64,000 bases of DNA, taken from positions 45,344-109,343 of the forward strand of contig JAVJSW010000008.1 in assembly GCA_040219255.1 (NCBI GenBank), read 5' to 3'. Position 1 is the first letter of the stretch. Each line of letters starts with the position of its first letter. Made by a program: the position numbers and the translations under genes. Shown piece by piece: positions 1-9,771 of the stretch. The notes beneath the pieces were generated by a model. The model had not been told where the DNA came from. It was given only the letters and a program-made list of their open reading frames with translations, and ran no database searches. The DNA comes from Sumerlaeia bacterium (GTDB lineage Bacteria; Sumerlaeota; Sumerlaeia; SLMS01; JAHLLQ01).

Positions 1-691
1 CGATGGGAATGACTTCGGCAAGGCGCTCGCTGGCTTCGGCGCTGCCGGTTTCCGGGTCGGTCTGGACGACCGAGACGGTGGCCGGTTGGTCGATCACGAA
101 TTCGTAGAGGCCGTGAACGAGATCGTTGTAGTTGGCGATGCGGCTCTCCATGTCCGAGTCCAGCGGCGCGGATTCCCCCGGGGCCAAGGTCATGGTGCGG
201 TCGAGGCCTTCGGACGCGAAGTAATCGCGCAGGCCATTCTTGCCCACGCCGTGGTAATTGCCCGAGGGCGGTTGGGACGAGAAGTGCAGGAAGCGCAGGT
301 TCAGGTCCTCGCCGCCCTCGTTGCGGATGACAGCGTTGATGCGGCGGGGCATTTGCTCCGGTTCTTTGACGCCATTGACGTTATACATGTAGAGGCGCAC
401 CGCGCCGGGTTCGACCGGCTCGCGCATGGCGACGCCTTCCGGAACGCGGATGTATTCTGGTTCGTCGGAAAACAGGAACTGGGGCCCAGGCAGGATCACC
501 TGCTCGTAATCCATGGCCGGGATGCTCTTGAAGGGGAAATCGGGGACATTGACCGCATGACCGGGAGCGGCGGAGAGGAGGATTTCGCTGGTGCTGGAAG
601 TCGGCTGATCGGCCGTCGTGGTCTCGTCGGCGGCGAGCGCCAAGGGCGAGAGCAGGATGGGGAGGGCCAGAAGGGAAAGGGATGAACGCAT
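1..691 (-). CDS. Secreted conserved hypothetical protein, runs off the window at its 3' end
   Basis: Not in the ORF track. Manual translation from ATG at 691: MRSSLSLLALPILLSPLALAADETTT...PGPQFLFSDEPEYIRVPEGVAMREPVEPGAVRLYMYNVNGVKEP..., open to the window edge, with a signal peptide ending ALA. Confidence 0.75.
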   Translation of the reverse strand, partial: MRSSLSLLALPILLSPLALAADETTTADQPTSSTSEILLSAAPGHAVNVPDFPFKSIPAMDYEQVILPGPQFLFSDEPEYIRVPEGVAMREPVEPGAVRLYMYNVNGVKEPEQMPRRINAVIRNEGGEDLNLRFLHFSSQPPSGNYHGVGKNGLRDYFASEGLDRTMTLAPGESAPLDSDMESRIANYNDLVHGLYEFVIDQPATVSVVQTDPETGSAEASERLAEVIPI

Positions 692-802
692 TCGGAGAGA
701 GGTATCCTCTGCAACTAGTTTCAGGCATTGTCCCGGTTCGACTCAAAAAGGGCAACGGGAAATTCAAACCACTGAGAATACAGAAGAAAGCTCTGTCCTG
801 AT

Positions 803-2206
803 TTACGACTCTTCCGGAGCCACGCTCTGGGTCGCGGTCTGGCTCTTCAGCGCCGCCAACGCGAACAGCCCGAGCGCCGGCCACAGCTTGAGCGACATCG
901 CCAGCCAGCCCACGCCCCGGTCGGCCGGGAAGGTGACGAGCGGGCGCGAGAGCTGGGCGAGGGCGGCAAGGCCCTCTCCCCCGCCACCGGTCCACTCGGC
1001 GATGGCCGCCGCGAACCGCCCAGGCCACGCCCACCCCACGATCAGGCGCCCCTCGACAACCACGAAGTTGATACAGAAAACGGCCACAGCCAAGACGATG
1101 GCAGCCCGGCCCTTGGCGCCGCAGATGGGCCAGAGCAGCGCGGCCGCCACAAGCGCCTGCACCAGGTAATGGTCCCACATGATCGAGGGCACGAGCAGGC
1201 TCGTCAGGATCGCGAGGGCAAAAGTGGCGCGCTGGCGGGGGCCGAAACCAGTTCCACGGTTCTTCCAGGTGACAAAGACGAAGACACCGAGGAGGGCGAG
1301 GCTCACCAGCCAGGTCAAGCCGTTGGCGGCTGCGGGGCCGAGGTCCGCCCAGGGACGCCCACTCTCCGCCGCCACGAACAGGTGGTGCATCAGCGAATTG
1401 ACCGACTGGTTCATGGGATCGCGCCAGAAGGTCATGCCCTCAGCGGCCCAGGTGGACTTGCCATAGCCCATGTCGGCCAGCACCGGCAGGAATTCCAGAT
1501 GGGTCCCGAAGCCGGCGATCAGGGCGCTCAGCAGCGTCAGCCCCACCGCCCAGCCAACCATCCAGGCCGCGCAGCGCCAGCGCCCGGCGAGCAGGAACCA
1601 GATCAGGAAAATCCCCGGCGTGATCTTGAACAGCATCAGCGCCGCCGCGATGCCGCCCAGCGCCATCGGCTTCCAACCGCGCGCCAACCCCACCGCCAGC
1701 AGCCCGCTGCCGAAGAGCAGCGCCGCGTTGAGTTGACCCGCATTGTTCTGGCGGTAAAGCGTGGCGTTGACGACCACCGCCCCGCCGACCAGGAGGACGC
1801 TCTTCCAATGCCATCGCCATCCGCCGGCGCACGCCGCCAACGCAAGCCCCGCCGCAACGAACAGATGATTGCAAAGCTGCCACACCACCGCCGCCACGTG
1901 GAACGGCAGAAGGCTCAGCGGCCAGAGCACCATGCCGGTGAAGGGCAGGTAAACGTAGGGCAGGATGCTGCGGAAGCGCGGATCCTCGGCGGCGAAGACG
2001 AAGGCCGTCTCCTTCATCAGCTCCGCGTCGTAAGGGCTGGCGCCCTGGCCCATCAGCACGGCGCCGAGGTAGATGTGCTTGAAGTCGTTCTGCTGGCTGT
2101 TGGCCAGCAGCGGCACGACCTGAAAGACCACATAGAGCGCCACCATCGCGGCCATGGCGACGAGTGCCTTGGTGCACTCCGGGCGATGCGGGCCGGTCGT
2201 GTTCAC
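803..2206 (-). CDS. Glycosyltransferase family 87 (DUF2029) membrane protein
   Basis: DFKHIY, PYVYLPF, GQLN, KITPG, NQS and WDHY motifs with many TM helices; GTG at 2206 overlaps the upstream stop (GTGA). Confidence 0.8.
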   Translation of the reverse strand: MNTTGPHRPECTKALVAMAAMVALYVVFQVVPLLANSQQNDFKHIYLGAVLMGQGASPYDAELMKETAFVFAAEDPRFRSILPYVYLPFTGMVLWPLSLLPFHVAAVVWQLCNHLFVAAGLALAACAGGWRWHWKSVLLVGGAVVVNATLYRQNNAGQLNAALLFGSGLLAVGLARGWKPMALGGIAAALMLFKITPGIFLIWFLLAGRWRCAAWMVGWAVGLTLLSALIAGFGTHLEFLPVLADMGYGKSTWAAEGMTFWRDPMNQSVNSLMHHLFVAAESGRPWADLGPAAANGLTWLVSLALLGVFVFVTWKNRGTGFGPRQRATFALAILTSLLVPSIMWDHYLVQALVAAALLWPICGAKGRAAIVLAVAVFCINFVVVEGRLIVGWAWPGRFAAAIAEWTGGGGEGLAALAQLSRPLVTFPADRGVGWLAMSLKLWPALGLFALAALKSQTATQSVAPEES

Positions 2207-3951
2207 GGCTGCGGTGTCCCGTACTGGGCCGAGTAAATCCGGCGGGCGCGGTCGATGCTGTCCTGCATTTCCGCCGAGTCCCGCATCCAGAGCGAAAACG
2301 CCGACCGCCCGACGGGAAAGGTGCCAATCCGCTCCCAGTCCGGGCTCTGGCGCAGGCGGGCCGAGAGACCGGTGAATTCGCCGGTCTGGCTGTCCTGGCG
2401 CACGGCGGTTACGATCCAAGTGACGCCGTACTCGTCGAGGTGTTCCTGCCATTCGGGAGCGCCAGCCAGGATTGACTGCTCCACGCGCCAGATGTCGGCA
2501 CCGAAGATGTCGAAACGCGGATCGGTGAAGACTTTGTGTTCCTCGGGCGAGAGTCGCCAGATGAGATAACCGGCGAACCAGTTTTCGTTGAACATGCGGC
2601 CTTTCGGCTGGGCCAGTTCGACGAAATCGGCGATGTTCGAGGGGAAGGCGCTCTTCACATACCCATCCCGATTCTGGAAGAAAGCGACGTTTCGCCGCGG
2701 GTAGTTATCCAGCCGCGCCGGGTCGAACTCCCAGGGAAACCAGTTCGTCAGCGCCAGATACGCCACCAGCAGAATCGGTAAGGCTCCGATCACGACGCGG
2801 CCCTGGCGGCAGGGCACGCACGCCTGAAAACGCGCCCAAAGAAGCGTACTGGTGCGGGCGAGGAGCGGCGCGGCGGCAACGCTGAGGAGCAGGAGATGGC
2901 GCACGTGTTTGAGGCCCTGCCACGCGAAGAAGGCCGCGATGACGGCTTCGGCGGAAAGGGGCAGGCGCTCTTCGTCGCGCCGCCGGATACCGGAGACGAC
3001 TTGCCAGATTACGAGCCCCGCGAGGAAGAAAACCGTGAAGTGGGAGATGATCGTGAAGCGAAACTCGGGGGGCTTCAATTCGCCGATCTGGGCGACCAAG
3101 TCGGTGTTACCGAGCACCCGCCCCGGCAGCGCGTACAGATGCCAACCGTAGGGGTTCGCAAAGGTGGCCAGGACGATCGCCGGGGCGAACGCCAGCCAGA
3201 AAACCGGCGGGCCGATCGAGGGCGGTTTCCGGAAAATGCGATGGAGCATGCCGGCCCAGCGATAGCGCTCGGCCAGCGAGGCCGCAAGGTCGCTGGCGCA
3301 GAACGCCGCCAGAATCACCGCCCCCGCCATCCAGGCCCCGTGCAGGTTCGTCCAGAGAGCGAAGAGCGGCACGAACACCCAGAGCCATCGCCTCCGCCAC
3401 CAGCCCTGCTGGACGCCCACAAGCATCAGGATTTCGAAGGCCAGCAACAGGTTGGAGACAACTGGCGGACGCGGAAAAAAGGTCCTTCGCCCGATGGCGC
3501 AGCACAGCATCGCCACAAAAAGCGCGATCCACCAGTTGCGCGAGATGCGTCCCGCCAGATACCAGACCAGAAGGTACGCCCCGCAGAGGACGAGCGCCTT
3601 CGCCAGGATCACCGCCCGCCAGCCGCCGAGCGTCGTGCCTTCGCCGGCCTGCCAGATTTTCCAGGCGATCAATTGGGTCAGCCATTCGTGGTTGTGCCAT
3701 TCGTAACTCTCGGCGGTATAGGCGAACACGTCGTAGGTGGGCAGGCCTTGTTCGGCGATGACCTTGCCCGCCTTCACATGCCACCAGGCGTCGTTATCGG
3801 CGCGGATGGGAACGAGGGACAGGGACATGCAGAAAAGCACGAGCAGAAGTGCGCTGGCGGCGGCCTGCCAGCGCTGGGGCCACGGCGAGGAAGCATCGCC
3901 GGGCGGATTCGGAGTCTGCTCTTCTGGCAATTCGTCGGCGGTCGGGGTCAC
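2203..3951 (-). CDS. Multi-pass membrane protein, probable GT-C fold glycosyltransferase
   Basis: DNDAWWHVKAG, HEWL, RP, LWTNLHG, NPYG, GYLIW and DPRFD motifs; GTG at 3951 overlaps the stop of the DUF151 gene. Confidence 0.7.
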   Translation of the reverse strand: MTPTADELPEEQTPNPPGDASSPWPQRWQAAASALLLVLFCMSLSLVPIRADNDAWWHVKAGKVIAEQGLPTYDVFAYTAESYEWHNHEWLTQLIAWKIWQAGEGTTLGGWRAVILAKALVLCGAYLLVWYLAGRISRNWWIALFVAMLCCAIGRRTFFPRPPVVSNLLLAFEILMLVGVQQGWWRRRWLWVFVPLFALWTNLHGAWMAGAVILAAFCASDLAASLAERYRWAGMLHRIFRKPPSIGPPVFWLAFAPAIVLATFANPYGWHLYALPGRVLGNTDLVAQIGELKPPEFRFTIISHFTVFFLAGLVIWQVVSGIRRRDEERLPLSAEAVIAAFFAWQGLKHVRHLLLLSVAAAPLLARTSTLLWARFQACVPCRQGRVVIGALPILLVAYLALTNWFPWEFDPARLDNYPRRNVAFFQNRDGYVKSAFPSNIADFVELAQPKGRMFNENWFAGYLIWRLSPEEHKVFTDPRFDIFGADIWRVEQSILAGAPEWQEHLDEYGVTWIVTAVRQDSQTGEFTGLSARLRQSPDWERIGTFPVGRSAFSLWMRDSAEMQDSIDRARRIYSAQYGTPQP

Positions 3952-4352
3952 TCGTCTTCGTTCATGACGTGGTCGAGCACATCGTCGGCCACGAAAATCG
4001 GGACATCCGCCTTGGCGGAAAGGACGACGGCGTCGCTGGGGCGGCAGTCGATCTTGACCATTTCGCCAGTTTCCAGACGCACCATGAGCTTTCCGTGAAA
4101 GGTGTCGTTGGTCAGGCTGTCGACGACCACGCCTTCCAGGGCGCCGTTCATGCCCTCGATCACGTTGAGGATCAGGTCGTGGGTCAGGGGCCGTGCGGCT
4201 TTGCGCCGGCGGACCGCGTCGTCGGCCTGACTGGCTTCGTAGAGGCCGATAAAAATAGGGAAGGAGCGCGCGCCGTCTTTTTCCTCCAGCACGATGATCT
4301 GGTGGGGAGAGACATGGCTGATCTGGATTTCCCGGAGTTCCATCTCGACCAT
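3948..4352 (-). CDS. Bifunctional nuclease family protein (DUF151)
   Basis: PIFIG.YEA, RPLTHDL and IDCRPSDAV motifs. Confidence 0.9.
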   Translation of the reverse strand: MVEMELREIQISHVSPHQIIVLEEKDGARSFPIFIGLYEASQADDAVRRRKAARPLTHDLILNVIEGMNGALEGVVVDSLTNDTFHGKLMVRLETGEMVKIDCRPSDAVVLSAKADVPIFVADDVLDHVMNEDE

Positions 4353-4466
4353 GAAGTGCTATCCTTTGAGGGGGAAAATGAGTCTCGCACGGGGCCATCC
4401 CAGCCACGAACCCCACAATGGAAATCGGGCGGGAAGCGGGCAACGGTTTTCATACAAGAGTCGCGC

Positions 4467-5405
4467 CTAAGGCGTGGCGCTCTCGTGCTCTTTTGTGGCC
4501 GAGAGGCATTCACAGGTGGCGGGAACCAGAAAGCGCAGGGCGTGGGGAAAGACCTCGAAGCGGAACAGGTCAGAGCGCATCGGTTCGCCGTCGGCGTTGA
4601 CCTGTAGGCCGCCGGGGGTATGCACCTCGATCCAGGGGAGTTTCTTGTAGAGGATGGCCGGGTTGTTGATTTCGCGGTGATTGAGTATCCGGGCGACGGC
4701 GGCGAAGCGTTCCTCGAAGGGCATGTCCGGAATGACCAGCACGTCCAGCAAGCCATCGTCGATGCGGGCGTCGTAGGCGACTTCGAAGCCGCCGCCGGAA
4801 GTGCGGCCGTTCTGAACACAAAGGCCCGCCAGGGGGCCCCGCCATTCGAAGTCATCGCTGACCAGGTGGGCTTCGAAGGGAACTTCCTGGAAGAGTTTCA
4901 TGAAGCCGGAAACATGGTAGGACGCGCCGCCGAGGAGGCGTTTGAGGGACGGCGGGGTGCCGGTGGTGATTTCCGCCGCCAGCCCACCGGTGGCGGAGTT
5001 GACGAAGAGACGGTCGTTGATGCGGCCGACATCGATGGGAACGGGGTCGATCTCGCAGAGGAGTTTCAGGTCTTCGCTGGGCGCGTCGTCCTGGAGCCCG
5101 ATGGCCCGGGCGAAGTCGTTGCCTGTGCCATAAGGCAACACACCCACGGCACAATCGGGGTGCGCGGAATTCAAGACGCCATTCACAACTTCGTTCAAGG
5201 TGCCGTCGCCGCCGGCTGCGATCACGGCACGGGCACCTTCCTCGACGGAGCGAGCGGCCCATCGCTCGGCTTCGCCGGGTTCCCAGAGCGCGTGCACCAG
5301 GATGTCGTGGCCCAGGGCCCGAAGGTGGTAAACGGCTTCGCGGAGAAACTCGTCCTGGGCGGCCCGGGGGTTCAAGAAAATGACAATGGGTTGGGGGGTG
5401 GTCAT
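4467..5405 (-). CDS. YegS/diacylglycerol kinase family lipid kinase
   Basis: LNP, AGGDGTLNEVVNG, PYGTGNDFAR, DDGLLDV and NADGE motifs. Confidence 0.9.
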   Translation of the reverse strand: MTTPQPIVIFLNPRAAQDEFLREAVYHLRALGHDILVHALWEPGEAERWAARSVEEGARAVIAAGGDGTLNEVVNGVLNSAHPDCAVGVLPYGTGNDFARAIGLQDDAPSEDLKLLCEIDPVPIDVGRINDRLFVNSATGGLAAEITTGTPPSLKRLLGGASYHVSGFMKLFQEVPFEAHLVSDDFEWRGPLAGLCVQNGRTSGGGFEVAYDARIDDGLLDVLVIPDMPFEERFAAVARILNHREINNPAILYKKLPWIEVHTPGGLQVNADGEPMRSDLFRFEVFPHALRFLVPATCECLSATKEHESATP

Positions 5406-5472
5406 GGGGTCCGGCTCTCGCGAAATCCTGTTCGCGTAGAGATAGCCAACTCCAGACCAGGAGGCCGCCGCG

Positions 5473-5895
5473 TCAGTGGACGGAATGAATGGCCCGGCCC
5501 ACCGCCAGACCGACGATCTGCTGGGCCTCGACGCGGCTCTGCACGAGGGGCACCTGGCGGAAATCGACCCAGCGGCGCTCGCGGTCGTCTCTCTCCGGCC
5601 AATCGTCGAGGACCTCCTCGACCCGCAGCAGGAATGTGCGAACCTGGTGCAAGGTGCCCCACTTCATATACTCCCACTCGCCCACTTCCGGCAGCAGGAT
5701 TTCGCCGCGGACGCCCGCTTCCTCGTAGGCTTCCTGGGCAGCCTGGGCGGGCGCGTCCCTGCCGGGATCGATGTCGCCCTTGGGAAAGATCCACTGGCGG
5801 GTGGTGCTGCTGGTGACGAGAAGGAACTCGAGTTCGCCATCCGCCGCGATGCGAAAGGGAATCGCGCCGGCTTGCTTCTGCAACTCGTAAAGCAT
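5473..5895 (-). CDS. NUDIX hydrolase
   Basis: QAGAIP, WIFPKG, Nudix box (AAQEAYEEAGV) and WPE...RERRW. Confidence 0.85.
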   Translation of the reverse strand: MLYELQKQAGAIPFRIAADGELEFLLVTSSTTRQWIFPKGDIDPGRDAPAQAAQEAYEEAGVRGEILLPEVGEWEYMKWGTLHQVRTFLLRVEEVLDDWPERDDRERRWVDFRQVPLVQSRVEAQQIVGLAVGRAIHSVH

Positions 5896-6022
5896 GAGCA
5901 ATCAATCCTTGCCGCTTGGCGGTCGGTTGCCTCAAAAATTCTTCGACGTTTTTTCTTGCCGTTCATAGCGGCGCAACGCATTCCTGCCCGAAAGATTCGC
6001 GTCGAGAGGCTCACCCAATTCT

Positions 6023-7159
6023 ATGTTCGATAACCTCGGACCCACCGCCCCGCGAAAAGTGCTCCTGCTCTGTGGAGGCCCCTCCGCGGAATACGTCGTT
6101 TCCCTCACCAGCGCCCGATGCGCGGCCCACGCCCTGGACCGCCATCGCTATCAGCTTCGGGTGGCTTGCGTGACAGACGACGGTTCCTGGATTGTTCCCG
6201 ACGAAAACTGGTCGTCGGATACGCCCCCTTCGCGCGTGGAAAAGTTCTTCGATCTGCTCGACATGCCCGAGCTTTGCCCCCGCGGCTACCTGACCCGCAG
6301 GGCCGCTGGCGAGGCGATCACCCGCATCCTGGCCTGGCGCCCCGACATCGTTCTGCCGATCATGCACGGTGCCTACGGCGAAGACGGCCGCCTTCAGGGC
6401 ATGCTCGATTTCCTGAACATCCCCTACGTGGGCAGCGGCGTTCTCGCCAGCTCGCTCTCCATGGACAAGAAACGCACCAAGGACTTCCTGGCCGCCAACG
6501 GCATCCGCGTCGCCCCTCACGTCCTGATCCAATCCGCTTCATCGCAGATGCTCAAAGAAGATCAGATGGCGGCGGCGGGAAACCTGATGGGCTGGCCGCT
6601 GGTGGTGAAGCCCAATCGCGGCGGCTCGTCCATCGCCTCCGGCATCGCCCGCGGCGAAGAGGAACTGCGCTCGCTGGTGCTGCGCGCCACCGACGCCGAT
6701 TCGGAAATCCTGATCGAGCAATACGTCGCCGGGCGGGAAGTGACCTGCGGCATTTTGGACATGGCCGAAAGTTTCGGCGGACGAGTGCTTTGCCCGCCGA
6801 CGGAAATCCGCCCCAAGTCTTCCCACTTCTTCGATTTCGATGCCAAGTACCGCCCCGGCGCCAGCGAGGAAATCACCCCCGCTCCCCTGCCCGACGAAGT
6901 GACCAACCGCATCCACGCGATGGCGGAAAAAGCCCATGACCTCCTGGGCTGCAAAGGCATGAGCCGCAGCGACTTCATGGTCAAAGACAACGGCCAGCCA
7001 ATCTATCTGGAAACCAACACGATCCCCGGGCTCACCTCCACATCCCTCCTGCCGCAAGGCGCGGCGGCCCTCGGAATCAACATGACGACCCTGCTCACGG
7101 GGCTCATCGAAGGCGCCTTCGAGCGCTTGATCGAACAACAAACCCGGCGCCACGCCTGA
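6023..7159 (+). CDS. ddl: D-alanine--D-alanine ligase
   Basis: GGPSAEYVVS, HGAYGEDG, SMDK, GSSI, FDFDAKY and LETNTIPGLT motifs. Confidence 0.93.
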   Translation: MFDNLGPTAPRKVLLLCGGPSAEYVVSLTSARCAAHALDRHRYQLRVACVTDDGSWIVPDENWSSDTPPSRVEKFFDLLDMPELCPRGYLTRRAAGEAITRILAWRPDIVLPIMHGAYGEDGRLQGMLDFLNIPYVGSGVLASSLSMDKKRTKDFLAANGIRVAPHVLIQSASSQMLKEDQMAAAGNLMGWPLVVKPNRGGSSIASGIARGEEELRSLVLRATDADSEILIEQYVAGREVTCGILDMAESFGGRVLCPPTEIRPKSSHFFDFDAKYRPGASEEITPAPLPDEVTNRIHAMAEKAHDLLGCKGMSRSDFMVKDNGQPIYLETNTIPGLTSTSLLPQGAAALGINMTTLLTGLIEGAFERLIEQQTRRHA

Positions 7160-7208
7160 TCCCCGGTCGGCAGCGTCTGAATCAGCCGGACGAACACCGC
7201 CCGGCAAG

Positions 7209-7237
7209 TTGACGTTTTGGGCCAAACAGACAAAACT
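7209..7237 (+). promoter_or_regulatory. Putative sigma70-type promoter for the small ORF
   Basis: TTGACG-N17-AAAACT followed by an AT-rich stretch. Confidence 0.35.
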
Positions 7238-7281
7238 TAATTTCAAATTTGTCTCTTCGCAAAAGAGAAAAGGACCCTGCC

Positions 7282-7374
7282 ATGGCAACACTGACCATTC
7301 CGCTCATCCTCGGACTCATCCTGCTGAGCATCGGCCTCGATCACTACGATGAGTTCATGCAGCGCAATCACTAG
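7282..7374 (+). CDS. Small 30-aa single-TM protein MATLTIPLILGLILLSIGLDHYDEFMQRNH
   Basis: AAAGGA RBS upstream of ATG, hydrophobic helix, GC3-rich codons; stop overlaps the convergent gene's stop (CTAG). Confidence 0.55.
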   Translation: MATLTIPLILGLILLSIGLDHYDEFMQRNH

Positions 7375-7889
7375 GCGGGGGGATCGAGTTTCCGCAGCAC
7401 CCGCGCCGGGTTGCCACCGATCACCTGCCACCCATCCGGGAAGGACTTGGTGACGACGGCTCCGGCGCCGACGATGGTGTTCTCGCCCAGTTCCACACCG
7501 GGCAAAATCACCGCGTTCATGCCGATCCAGGTGCGGGCGCCGAGCCGAATCGGCGGGGCCTCCAGATGGCGGCTGTTGTCGTAGAGGTCGTGGTTGGCGC
7601 TGATCAGCCCAACCCCAGGCGCCAGGTTGCAATCATCGCCGACTATGATTCCGTTGTGGCCGTTGATGTAGCAATGGGGCGAATCGCCGGGAAAAGTGCG
7701 GGCGCCGAGTTGGACCTTCTGGCCGTTGATAACGATGCTGGTCCAATGCACGGGCCAAGGCGCGCGGCGGTTGAGGCCGGCGATCTGCCCGAGGCGGAAC
7801 AGGACGTAAAACTTGGTTCCGCAACCCTCCGGAACGCGCAGGACGCGTTTGAGCCAGCCGGGCGCGGGGCGGGGAGCGGGGTCGGTCAT
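7371..7889 (-). CDS. Hexapeptide-repeat (LbH) sugar O-acetyltransferase
   Basis: ISANHD, WIGMNAVILPGVELGENTIVGAGAVVTKSFP, GGNPAR; ATG at 7889 overlaps the upstream stop. Confidence 0.88.
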   Translation of the reverse strand: MTDPAPRPAPGWLKRVLRVPEGCGTKFYVLFRLGQIAGLNRRAPWPVHWTSIVINGQKVQLGARTFPGDSPHCYINGHNGIIVGDDCNLAPGVGLISANHDLYDNSRHLEAPPIRLGARTWIGMNAVILPGVELGENTIVGAGAVVTKSFPDGWQVIGGNPARVLRKLDPPA

Positions 7890-8467
7890 CGGCGCTTTTT
7901 CTTTTTCGGTTTCGCGGATTTTTTGGCGGCCTTGCGGGGCGACTCGATCTCGACGAGACGGACGCCTTCGTCGACGATGGTGATATAGGACGGCAACGGA
8001 AAGCCCATGACAAAGCCAACGAAGTCGATGGCCTTCGCGATGGGGCCGCCGCTGACCACGGCCACCCGGCAGCAGTCTTTCGCGTCGTAAACGCGGACGC
8101 CCTTGAGGCGCATTTCGAGGAGCGCCTGACCGATCATTTCGCCGAAGACGAGAGGTTCCTGGAGCACGACGCCGAAGGGCCGTTCCCACCGCCCACCCTC
8201 GCCCTCAAGACACTTCCCGGCCAGCACCAGGTCCTCGTCCGGCGGCGCGCCGAGACGCACCAGTTGCTCCCGGAAACGGGCACTGCAAATCTCCAGACCC
8301 TCCTGCGAATTGGCGCTCAGAACCACCTTGCGCTTGAGCCAGTCGAAGTCGAAGTCGGGCGCGAAGTCTCGCTGCGCCGGGTGCTCGCAGACGATCTTGA
8401 GGGCTTTCAGGACCTGGCTGGGGCCGATGCGGGCTTCGAGGCGAAAGGAACGGGTTTCGATGGGCAT
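7886..8467 (-). CDS. Hypothetical protein, possibly a divergent YajQ-family protein
   Basis: Fills the gap between co-oriented genes; pattern resembles YajQ (see findings). Confidence 0.55.
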   Translation of the reverse strand: MPIETRSFRLEARIGPSQVLKALKIVCEHPAQRDFAPDFDFDWLKRKVVLSANSQEGLEICSARFREQLVRLGAPPDEDLVLAGKCLEGEGGRWERPFGVVLQEPLVFGEMIGQALLEMRLKGVRVYDAKDCCRVAVVSGGPIAKAIDFVGFVMGFPLPSYITIVDEGVRLVEIESPRKAAKKSAKPKKKKRR

Positions 8468-8594
8468 GGACGAAGGCGGTGGAGGGTGGGGTGGTTTCCT
8501 CGTCAGCTAAGAATCTGGAGGTCTTCCGGGCAAGCCATTCCAGAGGGCCTGGTCCTTGGGTGCGATTGGGAGCGCATGCGGTGGGGCCGTGAGG

Positions 8595-9635
8595 TCAGGC
8601 CGGTTTGATGGGATGCTGCGAATCGACGATCTGGTAGGGCACGGGTTCGCCGCAGCCGGGGCAGGCTTTCCCGTCCTGAAGCTCGGTCAGGATCGTTCCC
8701 GCTGTGCCGCGCCGAACCAGCGGCCGATGACATTTGAGGCAACGCGTGTCCATCAGGCCCAGGTCTGGATCGTCGACGTAGACGACGGGCACGTGCTCGG
8801 AGAGGAGGCCATGGGCGGTGGCGAGGGCTTCGCGGCTGGTTTCCTCGCCCTGCCATTGGAAGCGCTTGCGCAGGCCGAGGAGCAGAACGGGAACCCGCCC
8901 TTGAGAGACTTCGGCGAGCCAGGTGCCGAATTGCAGCAGTTCCTCCATCCAACGGTCGTGTTCCTCGATGACGAGGTAGGTGGCTTCGACGTGCTTCTCG
9001 GCGGTCAGGGAGACTTCGAGATTCCGCATGGCGGTGCGCAAGTTGCCGCCGGCGGTGCGTGAGAGGAATTCGGCGTCGAAGCCCTTGAAGCCGAAGGTCA
9101 CGGCGGAGGTGACTTCGAGCATGTCGCGGAAGGGTTCGCGGCACCACATGCCGGAGGTGGCGAGGTGGGTTTTTAGGCTTTGCTCCTTGGCCTGCTCAAA
9201 GACGTCGAAGACGAATTCGTGGGCGGGGGCCGGTTCGTTGACCCCAAAGGCCACGCCGAGGGCGCCGTTTTCTTTGGCCGACAGGACGGCTTCGCCGGGA
9301 GTGAGGGGCGAGGTCTGGGTGCCGCCGAGTTGACTGAACTTGGCGGTGTTACAGAAGGTGCAGCGCATCGTGCAGCCGCGCTGGGCTAAGAGGAGCCACT
9401 TGCCTCCCGGCGCGTAATGATACAGCGGTAAGGCGTCCGAGGCGGCCAGGAACCGGCCCGCCACCCGGCCATAGTTGTCGCAGTAGAGCACCCCCCCCCG
9501 ATTGGTGCGCACGCCGCAATTGCCCGACCGCGAGGGCGCTACGCTGCACAGGTGGGGACAGAGGCGGCAGTTGACCGTTTCCCATTCGGCGCAATCGCCG
9601 TATCGGGACTTGGCTGCTTCGGGATAGGAGGACAT
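8595..9635 (-). CDS. Radical SAM protein, AmmeMemoRadiSam (AmrS)/PflA-like
   Basis: N-terminal CRLCPHLC...GNCGVR, CTMRCTFC radical SAM motif, NEP, C-terminal CxxC pairs; start at 9635 or 9692. Confidence 0.8.
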   Translation of the reverse strand: MSSYPEAAKSRYGDCAEWETVNCRLCPHLCSVAPSRSGNCGVRTNRGGVLYCDNYGRVAGRFLAASDALPLYHYAPGGKWLLLAQRGCTMRCTFCNTAKFSQLGGTQTSPLTPGEAVLSAKENGALGVAFGVNEPAPAHEFVFDVFEQAKEQSLKTHLATSGMWCREPFRDMLEVTSAVTFGFKGFDAEFLSRTAGGNLRTAMRNLEVSLTAEKHVEATYLVIEEHDRWMEELLQFGTWLAEVSQGRVPVLLLGLRKRFQWQGEETSREALATAHGLLSEHVPVVYVDDPDLGLMDTRCLKCHRPLVRRGTAGTILTELQDGKACPGCGEPVPYQIVDSQHPIKPA

Positions 9636-9771
9636 GCGGACTCGATCGTGGGGCGGCGAACCGCCGGGGGTGGAACGCTCAATGTCCGTCAAGAAGCGGA
9701 AAAAGTCAAGGTGACGACCGCGAAAGCACGCCTAAATGAAAACCCGAAGTTGCCGATGGAAACTGGCTCGA

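Noticed and set aside
86-685. 199-aa plus-strand ORF
   Set aside because: Antisense to the signal-peptide-bearing minus-strand gene starting at 691.
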